DNA of 64,000 nucleotides from a virus (Duplodnaviria; Caudoviricetes): IMG/VR virus record IMGVR_UViG_3300032236_001024, positions 128,001 to 192,000 of that record; one strand, 5' to 3'. Shown piece by piece: positions 62,457 to 64,000 of this stretch (position 1 is its first letter; each line of letters starts with the position of its first letter). The notes under the pieces were generated by a model. It saw only the letters and a program-made list of their open reading frames with translations, ran no database searches and was not told where the DNA came from. The position numbers and the translations under genes were made by a program.

Positions 62457-63524
62457 TCACTCTATGGTTTGCGCTTTCGTATAAAGATCAGTGACAATCT
62501 TTTCTACTCTATTTTTAACATCTGTATTAGCACTCATGCTAGTAAGATACTTACGAAGAATGGTCATTGTGTCTTCTGCTTCGTTTATTATATCAGCATC
62601 CTCTTCAAGATGCAAATTCAAATGATCTTCGACTACTTGCAAGTCATAGACACCACGCTTTTCAAGTTGACCAATAAACATATCAAACCTATAAGGATCA
62701 ATCTTATTTTTAATGATAACTTTGACATGTCTTCCTGCATAATAAGAAAGATCATATCCTTCTGGTTCATGACCAGCAGTCACATCATCATAAAAGAATT
62801 TCTCAAACATTGTATATGGATTTTCAATGAATTCTAATTCTCTCGTTTCCGTGTCAAATACGTGGAAACCTTTTTTATCGTTGTAGTCAGCCCAAGTAAA
62901 TTCACAAGGTGAACCCAAATAGTGGATATTGCTCCGACTACTGCGATGGTGATAATGACCACTACACACAGTATCAAACCTATTAAATATATTAGGATCA
63001 TCACCATCTGATGGAGGAGCGCCAACATACATTGGGAAACCAGCAAGTTCCAAATGACCGAAAAGAATTGGACTACGTGTTTCATTAATTAACCTCAAAG
63101 ATAATTCACGGTTCTCATCACAAATCCATGGAGTCATCAAAATTGGTGTTCCATCAAAAGTGCATGATACTGGATTATCATAATAAACATTAAATGTAGG
63201 ATACTGATGCTCTACAAGTTCTTTTAATGAATTGACATTGTTTGTGTTCTTATAATAAGTATCATGATTGCCAGCAATAATATGAAAGTCAATATTTCTT
63301 AAAACAATCTTTTCAAGAAAATCTTCTCTCAATCTTTGAGCAGTGGCAATATTAATATACTTGCGACGATCAACGAGATCACCCAAATGGACAACACATT
63401 TGATATTATATCTATCAATATAAGGAAAAAATATTTCATCAATAAAATCCTTCATATTGTTAAGCATAACGGGAGAGTCGTTTTTGACGCCCCAGTGTGT
63501 GTCGCTTATTAAACAAATTTTCAT
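62457..63524 (-). CDS. 47: recombination endonuclease subunit gp47 (SbcD/Mre11-like)
   Basis: SDTHWG, GDLVDRR, GNHD, GHLE, SGHYH. Confidence 0.96.
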   Translation of the reverse strand: MKICLISDTHWGVKNDSPVMLNNMKDFIDEIFFPYIDRYNIKCVVHLGDLVDRRKYINIATAQRLREDFLEKIVLRNIDFHIIAGNHDTYYKNTNNVNSLKELVEHQYPTFNVYYDNPVSCTFDGTPILMTPWICDENRELSLRLINETRSPILFGHLELAGFPMYVGAPPSDGDDPNIFNRFDTVCSGHYHHRSSRSNIHYLGSPCEFTWADYNDKKGFHVFDTETRELEFIENPYTMFEKFFYDDVTAGHEPEGYDLSYYAGRHVKVIIKNKIDPYRFDMFIGQLEKRGVYDLQVVEDHLNLHLEEDADIINEAEDTMTILRKYLTSMSANTDVKNRVEKIVTDLYTKAQTIE

Positions 63525-63733
63525 CGAATAGAATTCTTTTTATTTACAGGGAAATGATAATTCTTTTGAAGATTTGTATTATGCTTATTGATTGCTGAAA
63601 TAGCATAATCACGAATAGCTTCAAGCCTAAGAAGATAGTTCATCTTCTCATTAGGATGAGCGGTAGGTGAATTGATCTTCTCTACAATATCTGTGACACT
63701 TGGTGGAACCAAATGCATATTTTCATTATTCAT
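63521..63733 (-). CDS. hypothetical protein (start MNNENMHL)
   Basis: GGAG RBS; between 55 and 47. Confidence 0.65.
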   Translation of the reverse strand: MNNENMHLVPPSVTDIVEKINSPTAHPNEKMNYLLRLEAIRDYAISAINKHNTNLQKNYHFPVNKKNSIR

Positions 63734-64000
63734 AAAATTTCTCCACTCCAATTTTTTTATCTTTACGCTTAATAGCTTTCTCTGATTGTTTCTTATCATA
63801 AGACTTTACAAGATTCTGCATATAATCATTATCTAGATTTACAGTAACTGTCTTTTCATCACCAATAGATTGTTCAGCCAATATACCTTCAAAGTAGAAA
63901 TTTTCTAAAGTCTTTTGCTTAATATACAAGTGTTTCTTTTCTTTGTCAATACGCCTCAAGAAAGCATACCAAATAATCTGCGTAAAATATGCAAATGGAT
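63726..64000 (-). CDS. 55: late-transcription sigma factor gp55, C-terminal part
   Basis: hand translation from edge PFAYFTQIIWYAFLRRIDKEKKHLYIK. Confidence 0.92.
   Translation of the reverse strand, partial: PFAYFTQIIWYAFLRRIDKEKKHLYIKQKTLENFYFEGILAEQSIGDEKTVTVNLDNDYMQNLVKSYDKKQSEKAIKRKDKKIGVEKFYE

Noticed and set aside
463-63085. Most short plus-strand and alternate-frame ORFs in the track
   Set aside because: They lie antisense to or inside well-supported genes and show no motifs or RBS.
1-64000. Prophage or bacterial chromosome origin
   Set aside because: No integrase, att site or housekeeping synteny; T4 core genes and T4-type late promoters run throughout.

Overview
64 kb of a T4-like (Straboviridae/Kyanoviridae-type) myophage genome, almost entirely coded on the minus strand. 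The host is probably an alphaproteobacterium (GapR/DUF2312, DUF1127, an Omp25/RopB-like porin and a ROSE-like thermometer). The right ~20 kb is the T4 replication core: gp55 (partial), 47, 46, 45, 44, 62, regA, a gp43 polymerase split in two by an HNH gene, uvsX and 41. The left ~43 kb is accessory DNA: 23 tRNA genes interleaved with cargo, many glycosyl- and methyltransferases, outer-membrane proteins and three HNH endonucleases. Best leads: (1) an operon joining curli secretion genes (csgF, csgG, curlin) to a FecR protein and a CHASE2 adenylate cyclase, followed by GT2, LpxH-like and TonB-like genes; (2) an array of three structurally related ncRNAs, one holding a full tRNA-Lys-like cloverleaf, directly upstream of a TROVE/vWA (Ro60-like) gene; (3) the split DNA polymerase with oppositely charged new termini; (4) late genes with T4 capsid-targeting-like N-termini (two atypical ADP-ribosyltransferases, a kinase fusion, a Gp88-like protein); (5) unusual tRNAs (Thr-AGU, long-arm Ile-UAU, short-arm Leu) and two large orphan structured RNAs. 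All calls come from reading motifs by eye; no database search or folding program was run.
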